Positions 20,767 to 31,386 of a stretch of DNA of 64,000 nt are shown here, piece after piece. The translations under genes were made by a program, and so were the position numbers. The stretch is from an uncultured Desulfospira sp. (GTDB lineage Bacteria > Desulfobacterota > Desulfobacteria > Desulfobacterales > Desulfobacteraceae): contig OY760175.1 in assembly GCA_963663165.1 (NCBI GenBank), positions 4,352,001 to 4,416,000 of the forward strand. The letters run 5' to 3'. The notes under the pieces are model-generated. The model saw only the letters and a program-made list of their open reading frames with translations, ran no database searches and was not told the DNA's origin. How positions within the stretch are numbered: position 1 is the stretch's first letter; every line of letters begins with the position of its first letter.

Positions 20767-23700
20767 TCAATACCCCAGGAAAAACTGCCGGGTCCGGGCA
20801 TACCCCCTGGACAGGATGAGCTTGGACTCTTCGATCAGGGTGTACAGTGTCGGGACCACCACCAGGGTGAGCAGGGTGGCGATCAAGAGGCCGAAGATGA
20901 CCACAATGGCCATGGAACGCCACCACTGGCTGGATTCGCTGGACAGGGACAGGGCCATGACGTGAAAGTCGTAGGATATGCCAGTGACCATGGGCAACAG
21001 GCCCAAAATGGTGGTGACGGCCGTGAGCAGGACCGGCCGCAGCCGGGTGGCCCCTGCCGCCGTGGCCGCATCCCGGATGGACCGGCCTGACGCCCGAAGC
21101 TTATTGGTGTAGTCAATAAGGACAATGGCGTTGTTGACCACCACCCCGGCCAGGGAAATAATCCCCACCCCGGTCATGATGATGCCGAAGGGGGACCCGA
21201 TTACGGTCAGGCCCCAGAAGGCCCCGCCAAAGGATAAAACCACCGAAGTTAAGATAATGGCCGGCTGAATCACGGAGTTGAACAGGGTCACCAGGATCAG
21301 AAAAATTAAAAACAATGCAATTAAAAACGCCTTGGACAAAAATTTCTCCGCGTCCTCCTGTTCTTCGTTCTCCCCGGTGAACTGACAGGTATACCCTAAG
21401 GGAAGTTTCATATCCCTTAGCTTTTCTTCTGCCTGCATCCGGGCCACGGAACCGGGGACCTTGGTTTCATCCACGTTGGCCTTGACCGTGACCACCCGCT
21501 CATGGTTTTTCCGGACAATATCGCCTAAGGTCCCGCTGTATTCGATGGTGGCCAGGGTGGTTAAGGGAACGATTTGTCCGTTAGGGGCCGGGATCATCAG
21601 TTTCTGGAGAATATCAGACACCTTCCGGTCCGGCTCGGACAAAACCACCATGATGTCATAATCTTCATCCCCCTCGTAATAGGTGGACACATCCAGGCCG
21701 TTGTAGGCGATTTTCAGGGCATTGCCGATGGCGCTGGTGGTCAGGCCGAACAGGGCGGTTTTCTGCCGGTCAATGTGGACCTGGACGGCCGGGACTTCTC
21801 CCTGGTAATCGTCCCGGATATCTTCAACATGGGAGATGGTTTTCAGCGTTGTTTTAATGCGTTCCGCAATCTTGCTGAGGACTTTAAAGTTATCCCCACA
21901 AATTTCAATGTTGATGGGCGGCCCTGTGGGCGGGCCCTCTTTGAGTTCATCCACCGTGATCCTGACCCCGGGGATCAGGGCCACCCGCTTTCTGATTTCT
22001 TCCAGGTCTTTTTTGGTCGGGGATTTCCGGTGTTCAAACTCAATGAACTGGAGCCCGATATGGTTGGGCAGATTGGAATCAAACACGGAACTGCCCCCGG
22101 CATTCTGGACCATCCGGGTATACATGTGCTCAATATTGTTGATATGGGTGGGGGCCATGAAAACGGTCCCGTCATTGGTCTCATGTTCCTGCAGGGCCAC
22201 GGCGGTTTTGTAGTCGGTACTCTCAGAACCGCTGATGGCCATTTCCACCTGCCTGACGGTCTGGTCAATGAATTCCAGATCCGCCCCTTCAGGGGTATCA
22301 ATGTTGACATAGGCCGAGCCGGGATCGATGGCCGGGAAAAATTCCACGGGCTTTTCCACCCCCACCGTAAGCATCCAGACCTGAAAAAAAAGGACCAGTA
22401 CCACAAAGGAGGCCAGAAGGACGGCCACCTTATGGTCTAAAGCGGTTTTCAGCAGCCGGGCATAGGAGGAAAGCCAGATGCCTTTGATTTCGATGGGGTC
22501 CTCCCCCCTGGCCTGGATCTGTTCCGGGGTAAGGGTTTCAGCGGTGGTATCCGCAGATTTCGCCCGCATAAAATAGGCGCACATGGCCGGGTTGATGACC
22601 ATGGCCACGAACAGGGACGAGGCCAGGGTAACCATGAGGGTGATGGGCAGATACCGCATGAATTCGCCCATGATGCCGGGCCAGAAAATCATGGGAAAAA
22701 AGGCGGCCAGGGTGGTGAGGGTGGAGCCGATAACCGGCCAGGCCACCTCGCCGGTGGCCTTCATGGCGGCCTCCAGCCGCGGCACCCCCTGCTGCATGTA
22801 CCGGTAGATATTTTCGATAATAACAATGGCGTTGTCCACCAGCATGCCCAGGGCCAGGGTCAGGGAAAACAGGACCACCATGTTCAGGGTGATGCCCAAC
22901 GCCTGGAGGACACTGAAGGATAAAAACATGGAAAAGGGGATGGCAAGGCCCACCAAAAGGGCGTTCCGGAAGCCTAAAGCCACCAGCAGCACGGCCACCA
23001 CCAGAATCAGGCCCGAGATAATATTGTTTTCCAGGTCTGCCACCATGAGCTTGATGTCCCTGGATTTGTTCATGAGCTTGGTCACCGTGGTGTTTTTGGG
23101 AAAGGTTTTTTGGGCCTGTCTGACAATGGCATCAATTTTGTCTGATATGGCGATGATATTTTCCCCGACCCGTTTTTTAACGGAAATGTTGATGGCGTCC
23201 ACTCCGTTGAGCCGGGACCGTGAGGTTTCTTCCTTGATGCCGTCCACCACCGTTGCCACATCTTTAAGGTAGATGGGCCGGCCCTGGTGGGTGGCCACCA
23301 CAATGGTCAGGATTTCTTCAGGGGTTTCAAATTCGCCGGGCACCTTGAGCTGGTACCGCCCGTGCCCGAGAGTTATGGCCCCGCCCGAGGTGTTCTGGTT
23401 TTCACTGACCACGGCGTTTTGCAGGCTGGTAATGGGAATTTTGTAGTAGGCCAGTTTGTCCGTGTCCACTTCAATGCGGATTTCCCGGTCCTGGCCCCCG
23501 GTGATTTCCACCTCTAACACCCCGGGCACCCCCTCAATGTCATCCTTGAGGTCGTCGGCAATTTTTTTAAGCCGCCTGGGGCCGCAGTCCCCGGCCAGGG
23601 AATAGACCACAATGGGCATTTCAGAGATATTGACCTCATAGACCGACGGCTCATTTTCAAGGTCCGTGGGCAGATCGTTCCGGGCCTCATCCACCTTGTC

Positions 23701-24027
23701 CTTGACCTTGGTCAACACCTCGTCAATATCGGTTCCGGGCAGAAACTCAATGTTGATCTGGGAAAGGCCCTGGGAGGACACCGAACTGATGTTTTTTACC
23801 TTGTCCAGGCCCTTGAGCTTTTTTTCAATTTTAATGGTAATGGCGGTTTCAATGTCCGATGCCGACACCCCCCGGTAGTCGGTCTGGACAAACACATAAG
23901 GGATGGTGATGTCCGGGTCGCTTTCCCGGGGAAGGGAAATATACGAGTAAATCCCGACCACCAGAATGATCACCGTAAGGACCATGACGGATATCCGGTT
24001 GGTTACCGCCGCATCAGACAGGATCAT
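20767..24027 (-). CDS. RND efflux permease, AcrB/AcrD/AcrF family
   Basis: GMLVDNAIVIIENI, GVVVNNAIVL, RLRPVLLT; two large periplasmic loops. Confidence 0.95.
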   Translation of the reverse strand: MILSDAAVTNRISVMVLTVIILVVGIYSYISLPRESDPDITIPYVFVQTDYRGVSASDIETAITIKIEKKLKGLDKVKNISSVSSQGLSQINIEFLPGTDIDEVLTKVKDKVDEARNDLPTDLENEPSVYEVNISEMPIVVYSLAGDCGPRRLKKIADDLKDDIEGVPGVLEVEITGGQDREIRIEVDTDKLAYYKIPITSLQNAVVSENQNTSGGAITLGHGRYQLKVPGEFETPEEILTIVVATHQGRPIYLKDVATVVDGIKEETSRSRLNGVDAINISVKKRVGENIIAISDKIDAIVRQAQKTFPKNTTVTKLMNKSRDIKLMVADLENNIISGLILVVAVLLVALGFRNALLVGLAIPFSMFLSFSVLQALGITLNMVVLFSLTLALGMLVDNAIVIIENIYRYMQQGVPRLEAAMKATGEVAWPVIGSTLTTLAAFFPMIFWPGIMGEFMRYLPITLMVTLASSLFVAMVINPAMCAYFMRAKSADTTAETLTPEQIQARGEDPIEIKGIWLSSYARLLKTALDHKVAVLLASFVVLVLFFQVWMLTVGVEKPVEFFPAIDPGSAYVNIDTPEGADLEFIDQTVRQVEMAISGSESTDYKTAVALQEHETNDGTVFMAPTHINNIEHMYTRMVQNAGGSSVFDSNLPNHIGLQFIEFEHRKSPTKKDLEEIRKRVALIPGVRITVDELKEGPPTGPPINIEICGDNFKVLSKIAERIKTTLKTISHVEDIRDDYQGEVPAVQVHIDRQKTALFGLTTSAIGNALKIAYNGLDVSTYYEGDEDYDIMVVLSEPDRKVSDILQKLMIPAPNGQIVPLTTLATIEYSGTLGDIVRKNHERVVTVKANVDETKVPGSVARMQAEEKLRDMKLPLGYTCQFTGENEEQEDAEKFLSKAFLIALFLIFLILVTLFNSVIQPAIILTSVVLSFGGAFWGLTVIGSPFGIIMTGVGIISLAGVVVNNAIVLIDYTNKLRASGRSIRDAATAAGATRLRPVLLTAVTTILGLLPMVTGISYDFHVMALSLSSESSQWWRSMAIVVIFGLLIATLLTLVVVPTLYTLIEESKLILSRGYARTRQFFLGY

Positions 24028-25175
24028 AAGTTGAGTTCCTTAAGGCTTTTTACCCGGGCCGTTACATGAACTTTTTCATGGTCTTCAATGATCCGGTGGC
24101 CCAATACCACCACCTGCTCGCCGGGTTCAAGCCCCCGGGAAATCTGGGTGAGCCAGCCGGTCTGGAAACCGGTTGCCACCTCCCTGAACCGGACAATTCC
24201 CTGGTTTTCCACAAATACCCCGGTCTGGTTTTTCAGGGTGACCAGGGCATAGGTGGGTACGGCAAGGCCCTCAGGGTCTGTGTGTTTGACAATGGTCACC
24301 CGGGCAAACATATCCGGCAGGATCCGGCCATCGGTGTTGTCCACTTTAATTTCCAGGTTATAGAGCCTTGCCATGGGGTCCGCGCTTTTGTAAAGGTAGT
24401 GGCGGGTTCCGGCAAAGTGACTGGAATTCAAGGCATCCACAGTGATATCAAAACGGGACAGTTTCCGGACCGCGTCCACATCCGATTCCGGGATGCCCAC
24501 CTCGATTTTGAGTTTGTCCATCTGGAGGATGCCGGCCACCGGGTCCCCTACCCCGAGGAAACTGCCGACTTCAATGAAGGTCCGGTTCACCACCCCGGCC
24601 ATGGGGGAGCGAATGGTACTCCGGTCCAGGGCCAGTTTGGCATTTTCCATGGCCGCCTTGCTGGTCCTGACCTTTGCATCGGCATCATCCAGCTGGGCTG
24701 CGGTGACAAACTGCTTGCCGGACAGGGCCTTATACCGCTTGAGCGTGGTCAGGGCGGTTTCGTAATCGGCCAGGGCGGAATCATAGGAGTTTTGGTAATC
24801 GCGCGGGTCAATGAGGGCGATCATGTCGCCTTCTTCCACCGGCCGGCCCTGGTCGATTTTTTTGATCACCTTCCCCTGAACTTCAGAGACCACTTCCAAA
24901 GATATCCAGGGTTTGGCCACCCCGGGCAGGCTGATCTTTTCCAACAGTTCCCGGGGGATCATCTCAAGGGTGGTGACGTTGGTCAAGGTGTCCTGGCCGC
25001 TGTCCTGGCTGTGACGCTGGGCTTCAACGGCGGCCTTTTTTTCGGCAATTTTCTTGTGCAAAGGAATCACCAGAAAAACAACCACCAGAAACACCAGGAT
25101 AAAGGGGATGGCATGCCAGATCATCCGGCGCAACAACCTGGCCAACGAAGCTTTCTGTGACAGGGTGGGATCCAT
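24024..25175 (-). CDS. RND periplasmic adaptor (membrane fusion protein)
   Basis: N-terminal TM anchor, lipoyl half motifs (VQGKV, IRSPMAG), PDMFARV; ATGA overlap with the permease. Confidence 0.92.
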   Translation of the reverse strand: MDPTLSQKASLARLLRRMIWHAIPFILVFLVVVFLVIPLHKKIAEKKAAVEAQRHSQDSGQDTLTNVTTLEMIPRELLEKISLPGVAKPWISLEVVSEVQGKVIKKIDQGRPVEEGDMIALIDPRDYQNSYDSALADYETALTTLKRYKALSGKQFVTAAQLDDADAKVRTSKAAMENAKLALDRSTIRSPMAGVVNRTFIEVGSFLGVGDPVAGILQMDKLKIEVGIPESDVDAVRKLSRFDITVDALNSSHFAGTRHYLYKSADPMARLYNLEIKVDNTDGRILPDMFARVTIVKHTDPEGLAVPTYALVTLKNQTGVFVENQGIVRFREVATGFQTGWLTQISRGLEPGEQVVVLGHRIIEDHEKVHVTARVKSLKELNL

Positions 25176-25327
25176 GGAAACAGTCCTGTAAATTAGTGAT
25201 AAATCCAGTTGTTTATTTCTATTGCGGTTCCAACAGCCTTTGTGTATTGTTTCACCGAGTAATGCTCTAATGTCCGAAACGGTTTTTCGTTTCCTGATAT
25301 TTTATCCACCAATAAAGTCAGTATTCT

Positions 25328-25681
25328 ATGCTATCCATCCGAAAAGAGCAAAAAAAGATTCTGGATGTTGCCATGCTTGAAGTTTTTATGGATAAGGCAC
25401 ACCGGCATCTAACGGAAAATTTTGAAAAAAACCTAAAAGACAAGACCGATCTTGAGATCAAGGGAATTATCCTCCAAGGGATTGAACATGCCAAACTCTA
25501 TGATATCACAGATGAGCAGTCGGTAATTCTTTTTATTGATCTTACTGTTGCCATTGGGCCTGATTTTGAAGACCGGAAAGGCAATGAATGGATGCTGCCG
25601 ATCCTGAAGAAAAAAGGGTTAAGCCAAACGGAAAAAATGGAATTTATTTATACGGCCCTGGAAGACCGGTCAGCGGAATAA
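25328..25681 (+). CDS. Small hypothetical protein resembling those beside T6SS effector genes (DUF4123-associated type)
   Basis: MLSIRKEQ...HL...GIEHAKLYDITDE...GPDFE...W...IL pattern recalled from effector loci; not verified. Confidence 0.55.
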   Translation: MLSIRKEQKKILDVAMLEVFMDKAHRHLTENFEKNLKDKTDLEIKGIILQGIEHAKLYDITDEQSVILFIDLTVAIGPDFEDRKGNEWMLPILKKKGLSQTEKMEFIYTALEDRSAE

Positions 25682-25702
25682 GCCCGGCAGGGAGGAGGTT
25701 GA

Positions 25703-28700
25703 ATGGGCATATTTTCAAACGTATTAGAGAAAGTAAAAAAGAAATTTAAATCAAAAAAAGCCGGAGACTCCGTTGAAACCTGTCCGTTAAAGGAGACAGG
25801 GCTGCTGGTCAATGTCATCCGGGCCGATGACAGACAGTATGTGGAAGGGGCCAAAGTAGAACTCAGCGGTCCTGTGAGTCAGCATAAACAGACGGACTCC
25901 GACGGAATTGCCCTGTTTAAGCCCACGGAGCCCGGCACCTATAACATCGACACCACCCTGCCGACCAGCATGGATGATACCCATCAGCCGGTGTTAAGAC
26001 AAACCAATACGGTCTCTTTGGGCAGCACCACTATTCATATGGTCAAGGCCGTTCCCTTTGCCACCATTAAAGTAAAGGTCCTGGCAAGGGAGAACGATGT
26101 AAATGAGATTCTGGATGATGTTTCCATCCAGGTCGGTGAGCGGGCCGCGCAAAAAACCGTGAAAAATGACTGGCTGACCGTTAACAAGCTGCCCATCGGC
26201 AATTATAAGATTACCATTTCAGATCTTGGCAGGCACGCCTCGGATTACGTGGTTCCCGACAGCCAGAACGTTTATATAACCGCCGGAAAAGAAAAAGAGG
26301 TTTTGTTTTATGTCAGAAGGGCATCTCTTGAAGTCAAGGTTGTCAATAAGCATAAAACAACCCAACTGATCCCGGGGGTAAAAGTCACGGCCGAAATCCT
26401 GGGACAAAACAAAAAACTGCCGGATCAGACCACCGATCAGATGGAACCGGTTAAGCATGAATCCGTCAAGACAGGGAAATACCGGATTACGATTTCATTT
26501 CGGGATGAAGATAAAACCAAATACAGACTGCCCGAAGGCCAGCGCCCTTATAAAGAAGTGGATATCCGCTCAAGCGATGACTGCAAGGTGGAGTTTCAGG
26601 TTGAGCTGATTCTTCAAATCCATATGAAACTTCAATTTAAGGATCCTGAAAAAAATCCGCGGATTTTTCCTGAGGAGCTTCCGGTCCGCTTTGCCTTTAA
26701 TGCCGGCAGTCCCGTGGATGCCTTTGTGGGAAAGGACGGGGTGGTCTACGATAAAAAAGGTGACGGGGCAAAGCCCTATGTCGAAATCGTGAGAAAGGCG
26801 GACCGTGAATGGTTTACATTGAGCTTTAACGAACAGGTCAAACGCGAGTTTATTGTTTGTGAAAACGACGGGGAGAACGCCAAAACACAGCTTTACCTTT
26901 TGGAAGAGGATATGGACAGCCAGGCCAACCGCCTGGCCAGGCAGATGAATAAAGGACGCCGGGTGTTTATGCTTCCCAAGCGCAAGTGGAACCTGTCCGT
27001 GTCTGAGTGGACGGTAGACGGGGCCATTACCTATAATAAGGACACCTTTCAATTTGAAAAATTATCGAAGCTCACCACCACGGTGGGCTCTGAAGGCTCG
27101 CCCGCAACAGTGACCCTGGACCCAAGGTGGCAGTTTAACCGGTTTGTATTTTATGACCGCAAATACGGAAAATCCCACCACGGCGATAAGCCCGTCGGCA
27201 TACCGGGGATTCTGCTCAAAGGGGTGAATAAATGTGAAAACGGAAATGCGGCTTCCTTTGATACGGCATCCAACTGGACGTTGAACGTGACAGATAAGGA
27301 AAAGGGGGTTCAATGCCTTCCCTGGATTATCAGCAAGGATGACGCCAAAAAAGAACTGAAGCTGGACAATAAGATGATGCTTGAGTTCGGATATAAGCAT
27401 ACCTATATCCATTCAAAATCTGAAACCGACCGTGAGTTCAAGGTGATGGATCCGGCCGTAGAAGACAACAAAAAAGCCCTGAAACCCGGAAAAGACAGGA
27501 ATATATATTATGACCTGCCCAAAAAATGGAAATCAAAAAATTACTATACCCGGCTTCCGGACAAGGGCAAGTTTTTTGACGAACTGACGGAAGATGACAT
27601 CAAAGGATCCTTTGATTCAGGCAAGCCTTTGAAATTCTCTCTGGATGATATTGTCCTGGTGGATAAAAATGGGGCCCAACTCAAATATGATGCAATGGAC
27701 AAGAATAAGAAAGACGAAGACCAGGCGCTTTCCAAGCACTCCAGGGTTTCACTGCTGTACCAGGATCCGGACGATAAATTTAAAGTGACCATCTATGACC
27801 CCATGGCCGATGAGCCCTGCCACAGTAAAACCATCTTTCAAAAGGACAGCAGTGACGTTTACCGGAATGTGATTCTCACCGGGGAGACCCAGGCGGATAA
27901 AAAAGATTTAATCACCCGGGTGATTGTTTTTTGCAGCGGATTTTATGACCTGTTCGACAAACGGGCGGAAGCTGCGGATTTTTCAAAAAAACAAGTCCTC
28001 GGGGCCCGGGCGGCAAAACTGGAAGACAGTGATGTCAGTAAAAAAGTGGTCTTTTCTTCAGACAATGATGTGGCAAAGGCGTATGTGTTTTCAAAACGTG
28101 TTTTTGATATGTATTATCTGCATTATGGCGGGGAAAAGGACAGTACGGTTTACAGCAGCCTTGTCACATACTGGTCAGCCCGTTTCTTCTATGAAGATGA
28201 TGCCGGCAAGGTGGCTGCCCTCGGACTGCCGGCCGGATATACCAGGGATATGTTTTTTAAAAAGGACAGTACAGGGACAAGGCATCCCGGCAGTCTTACC
28301 GACAAACAAAATTATATAAAGCATGGCATGAAAAACGCCATGGAACGCTGGAATAAAAAAGATTATCAGTTTGATGAAAATGACGGAAAAACAGATGTTG
28401 TCATTAAATCCTCCACATTATTTGAAGCCAAAGAGGTCGAAGATCCCGCAGGGACTTTTGTGGACAGGGGTGGAAGCCATAAATGTCTGGTTGTCATTGT
28501 GACCAATGATCTGGGAAGCTGGGCGTCTGATTCGGTTATGCGCATGAGAAACACCGCCTATCAGGGCGAAGGCGAGTACTGGGGGAGCGCTGCCAACACG
28601 GAAGCCCGTGAAAATGATTATGACGGCACAACAGCCCCGGCACGGTGCGCCTTTGCCCACGAACTGGGGCATGCGGCCATCGGGCTGTACGATGAATACG

Positions 28701-30163
28701 TATATTATCTTGAGGGATATTCAGGGATTCTGCCACGGTACGAACAGTATTATCCGGGAATGCCGTATGTTCCGGATAACCCGACCATCATGAAATCAAA
28801 TCAGGCGATCCGCATGCACCAATTCTGGGGCAGGGCCAACTGGCTCAACGATGAGTCACGGATCGGAAGGCCCCTGAATAAATTTTTAGACGGCAAACAG
28901 TTTAAAATCACCTATTCGCCGGCCGGAAAAGCCAAATTAGAATATGAACTGAGGGATTCGTCAGATGCGGACTATCATAACAGCGCCCGGTCCAAATACC
29001 GTGATATCTACAAACCCGCTTATTCGGGGATGAGCCATGCCCTTGGCGGGAACGGGAAATGTGACCTGTTGCTATACAAACTCGGGGACGATGAATTTGC
29101 AAGAGGATTGAACGGTGGAACCTATGACGGCATTCTGGTTCTGTCCCCCCGGATTTCAGTCCGGTTCATTGCCGGGGCACTGGGTGCCTGGCAGGCAGGG
29201 AAAAACTATAAGACCAAAGATGTCGTAACCCAGGGGGGGGCAAAGTATATCTGCAAACAAAATCATACCAGTTCCCCAGACTTTAACACGGATAAAGCCG
29301 CCAACTGGATAGAAATATCGGATAAGGGAGACTGGTCGGAAGATACGGCATATGCGGTGCAGGATATGGTTAAAGACGGTTCAGCATACTATTATTGTAA
29401 ATCAGCCCATACATCTTCAGGGTTTGCCACAGATGCCGGCAAGTGGCATGTGGTCCCCGACAAAGGGGGATGGACAACAGGAACCGCTTACGTTCCGTGG
29501 GACAGGGCTGTGCAAGGCGGGAAGACCTTTATCTGCAAGGCCAACCACAATGCCGGCGCATTTGATGCAGACAATGCCAGCGACAAGTGGCTGGAGGTCA
29601 CTGAAAAAGGAAACTGGAAACCGGGAACCGCTTATGACCGGTCCAATCTGGCTGATCATGGCGGCAGTAAATATTTTTGTACCGGAAGCCATACATCGGC
29701 AGACCGCTCAAAAGACGATGACAAATGGCTAAAGGTGGATATGCGGACCTCGAGCTGGAAAGATGCCGAACAAAAAGACTGGGCTTCAAACCTGGGCAAA
29801 ACCATTTACAGCATGCTAAGTGGCGCAAATGGCAAATTTAAGCTTGAAAGCGATGCCGATCATGACTTCAAGAAAACCTATATTAATGTGTTTCCCCAAT
29901 ATGAGCTTGTCAGTTCAGGGAATGCCGGTTCAGCCGGAACCCATTTTGAGTTAGAGGTCAAAAAAGATAATACCCAGGATTTTGATATTGCAGCCCCGGC
30001 CAAGCCAAAGGCCGGAAACGACTTCAACCAGAAAAAACTGGTCCGTTTTCTGTTCGGGGCAGCCCATAACGTTGACACCAACCTGGCTAAAGAGGATTTG
30101 ACCGTGTTGAAAACCTGGATAGAAACAAACGCAGGCGGCAGCTTTACGGTAAAGGATATTTAA
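25703..30163 (+). CDS. 1486-aa putative secreted effector: beta-sandwich repeats, HExxH zinc metallopeptidase motif, four CBM5/12-like repeats
   Basis: RBS GGAGG; no signal peptide; N-terminal SVETCPL; FAHELGHAAIGLYDEY at about 28652-28700; four W-x5-Y...C..xH...W repeats at about 29188-29730. Confidence 0.75.
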   Translation: MGIFSNVLEKVKKKFKSKKAGDSVETCPLKETGLLVNVIRADDRQYVEGAKVELSGPVSQHKQTDSDGIALFKPTEPGTYNIDTTLPTSMDDTHQPVLRQTNTVSLGSTTIHMVKAVPFATIKVKVLARENDVNEILDDVSIQVGERAAQKTVKNDWLTVNKLPIGNYKITISDLGRHASDYVVPDSQNVYITAGKEKEVLFYVRRASLEVKVVNKHKTTQLIPGVKVTAEILGQNKKLPDQTTDQMEPVKHESVKTGKYRITISFRDEDKTKYRLPEGQRPYKEVDIRSSDDCKVEFQVELILQIHMKLQFKDPEKNPRIFPEELPVRFAFNAGSPVDAFVGKDGVVYDKKGDGAKPYVEIVRKADREWFTLSFNEQVKREFIVCENDGENAKTQLYLLEEDMDSQANRLARQMNKGRRVFMLPKRKWNLSVSEWTVDGAITYNKDTFQFEKLSKLTTTVGSEGSPATVTLDPRWQFNRFVFYDRKYGKSHHGDKPVGIPGILLKGVNKCENGNAASFDTASNWTLNVTDKEKGVQCLPWIISKDDAKKELKLDNKMMLEFGYKHTYIHSKSETDREFKVMDPAVEDNKKALKPGKDRNIYYDLPKKWKSKNYYTRLPDKGKFFDELTEDDIKGSFDSGKPLKFSLDDIVLVDKNGAQLKYDAMDKNKKDEDQALSKHSRVSLLYQDPDDKFKVTIYDPMADEPCHSKTIFQKDSSDVYRNVILTGETQADKKDLITRVIVFCSGFYDLFDKRAEAADFSKKQVLGARAAKLEDSDVSKKVVFSSDNDVAKAYVFSKRVFDMYYLHYGGEKDSTVYSSLVTYWSARFFYEDDAGKVAALGLPAGYTRDMFFKKDSTGTRHPGSLTDKQNYIKHGMKNAMERWNKKDYQFDENDGKTDVVIKSSTLFEAKEVEDPAGTFVDRGGSHKCLVVIVTNDLGSWASDSVMRMRNTAYQGEGEYWGSAANTEARENDYDGTTAPARCAFAHELGHAAIGLYDEYVYYLEGYSGILPRYEQYYPGMPYVPDNPTIMKSNQAIRMHQFWGRANWLNDESRIGRPLNKFLDGKQFKITYSPAGKAKLEYELRDSSDADYHNSARSKYRDIYKPAYSGMSHALGGNGKCDLLLYKLGDDEFARGLNGGTYDGILVLSPRISVRFIAGALGAWQAGKNYKTKDVVTQGGAKYICKQNHTSSPDFNTDKAANWIEISDKGDWSEDTAYAVQDMVKDGSAYYYCKSAHTSSGFATDAGKWHVVPDKGGWTTGTAYVPWDRAVQGGKTFICKANHNAGAFDADNASDKWLEVTEKGNWKPGTAYDRSNLADHGGSKYFCTGSHTSADRSKDDDKWLKVDMRTSSWKDAEQKDWASNLGKTIYSMLSGANGKFKLESDADHDFKKTYINVFPQYELVSSGNAGSAGTHFELEVKKDNTQDFDIAAPAKPKAGNDFNQKKLVRFLFGAAHNVDTNLAKEDLTVLKTWIETNAGGSFTVKDI

Positions 30164-30165
30164 CC

Positions 30166-31368
30166 ATGAGATATCCACGACGCTGCATCAACCTGGGAGC
30201 GGCGGCAATTGTTTTCCTGGTTTTAAACGGCATTGCCTGTTCGCAGAACAGCATCACAGAAAGCAAAAAGGAGATCTCCATGACACTGTTGTCAACATAC
30301 CCTGTTCATTATGCCAACTCTTTAAGAAACAGCCGGGTCCCGGTTACAAGCACTGCAAAAGGGGAGATTGAATGGCGCACATCTTTTGAAAACAGCCGCC
30401 CGGAGAACATCATCCGCCTCAAGGTCTGGGAAGACCACGTGGTTCTGGAGATGGTGTCCGAGTTCCTGGTATTTGCACCGGACGGGAAGCTTCTTTTCTC
30501 AAGGCCGAAACGGTTTAATTCAATGACCGCCTGTGGAAACGGTTCTCTCTACTATGAAACCGGTGAGTGTTATCTCAACCAGCTGGACCTGAATAACGGC
30601 CTTAAGATGGAAGATGCGCCCTTGCCGGCCGTTGCAAATAAAGACTTTCGCATGACCCTTTTCTGGCCCATGGAAGAGCAGTTCATCATCGCCGCCTTCT
30701 GGCCGGGCCATGAACCCGAAGAGAAACCGGTTGCCATCTGGAGAAATGCCGTTTATGGAAAGGTTATGGCCCGGGAAGGCAGTGAATTCAGGCAGATGCA
30801 GAAAGCGGATCCGATTTTTATCCCTGGTTTGAACCGCCTTGTCTTCGGGCTTGATGAGATCATATCTGTTGATGTTGAAGACAGTGAGGAAACGTCTTCT
30901 TTTGCCTGGCCGGTTACCCAGGTTGCCGACTGGTGTGCATCCCCTGAGGGCATGCTGTTTATTTCGGGCATGGCAGATGGCAAAAAGACGGTTGCGGCCA
31001 TATCCTTGTCCGGCGGGGAGGGATGGGGTTGCGATGACTTTCCCGATAACCTGCCCTGGACGGTGAACCAGCCGCCCGCAGCCTTCGGGGACCAGGGGGT
31101 TTACCTGTTCTCGGGTAAGGATATTTATGCGGTTTCAAATGGCAAGCGCCAATGGCAGGTGACCGCCCAAACCGATGTGACCCAGGGGACATCATTGGCC
31201 GATGATTCTCTTCTCGTCAGTGCGGGAAACGAATTGATCTATTTATCCGCAGACGGCAAGGCCGTTTTTTCCCTGGTCCTTTCAGACCATATCAGAACAG
31301 CACCGGTCGTTGACTCCCAGGGACATGTCTATATCGCCACGGAAAAGGAACTGGTGAAAATCCGGTAA
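30166..31368 (+). CDS. Lipoprotein with PQQ-like beta-propeller repeats (candidate immunity protein)
   Basis: Hydrophobic stretch with lipobox GIAC; GEIEWR, GKRQWQ, TAPVVDSQGHVYIAT; 2 nt after the upstream stop. Confidence 0.7.
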   Translation: MRYPRRCINLGAAAIVFLVLNGIACSQNSITESKKEISMTLLSTYPVHYANSLRNSRVPVTSTAKGEIEWRTSFENSRPENIIRLKVWEDHVVLEMVSEFLVFAPDGKLLFSRPKRFNSMTACGNGSLYYETGECYLNQLDLNNGLKMEDAPLPAVANKDFRMTLFWPMEEQFIIAAFWPGHEPEEKPVAIWRNAVYGKVMAREGSEFRQMQKADPIFIPGLNRLVFGLDEIISVDVEDSEETSSFAWPVTQVADWCASPEGMLFISGMADGKKTVAAISLSGGEGWGCDDFPDNLPWTVNQPPAAFGDQGVYLFSGKDIYAVSNGKRQWQVTAQTDVTQGTSLADDSLLVSAGNELIYLSADGKAVFSLVLSDHIRTAPVVDSQGHVYIATEKELVKIR

Positions 31369-31386
31369 CCGATAGAAGTCCTCGGG

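Noticed and set aside
24066..25160. Long antisense ORFs (also 21574-22440, 34380-35291, 41066-41761, 18120-18863)
   Set aside because: Shadows of well-supported genes on the opposite strand.
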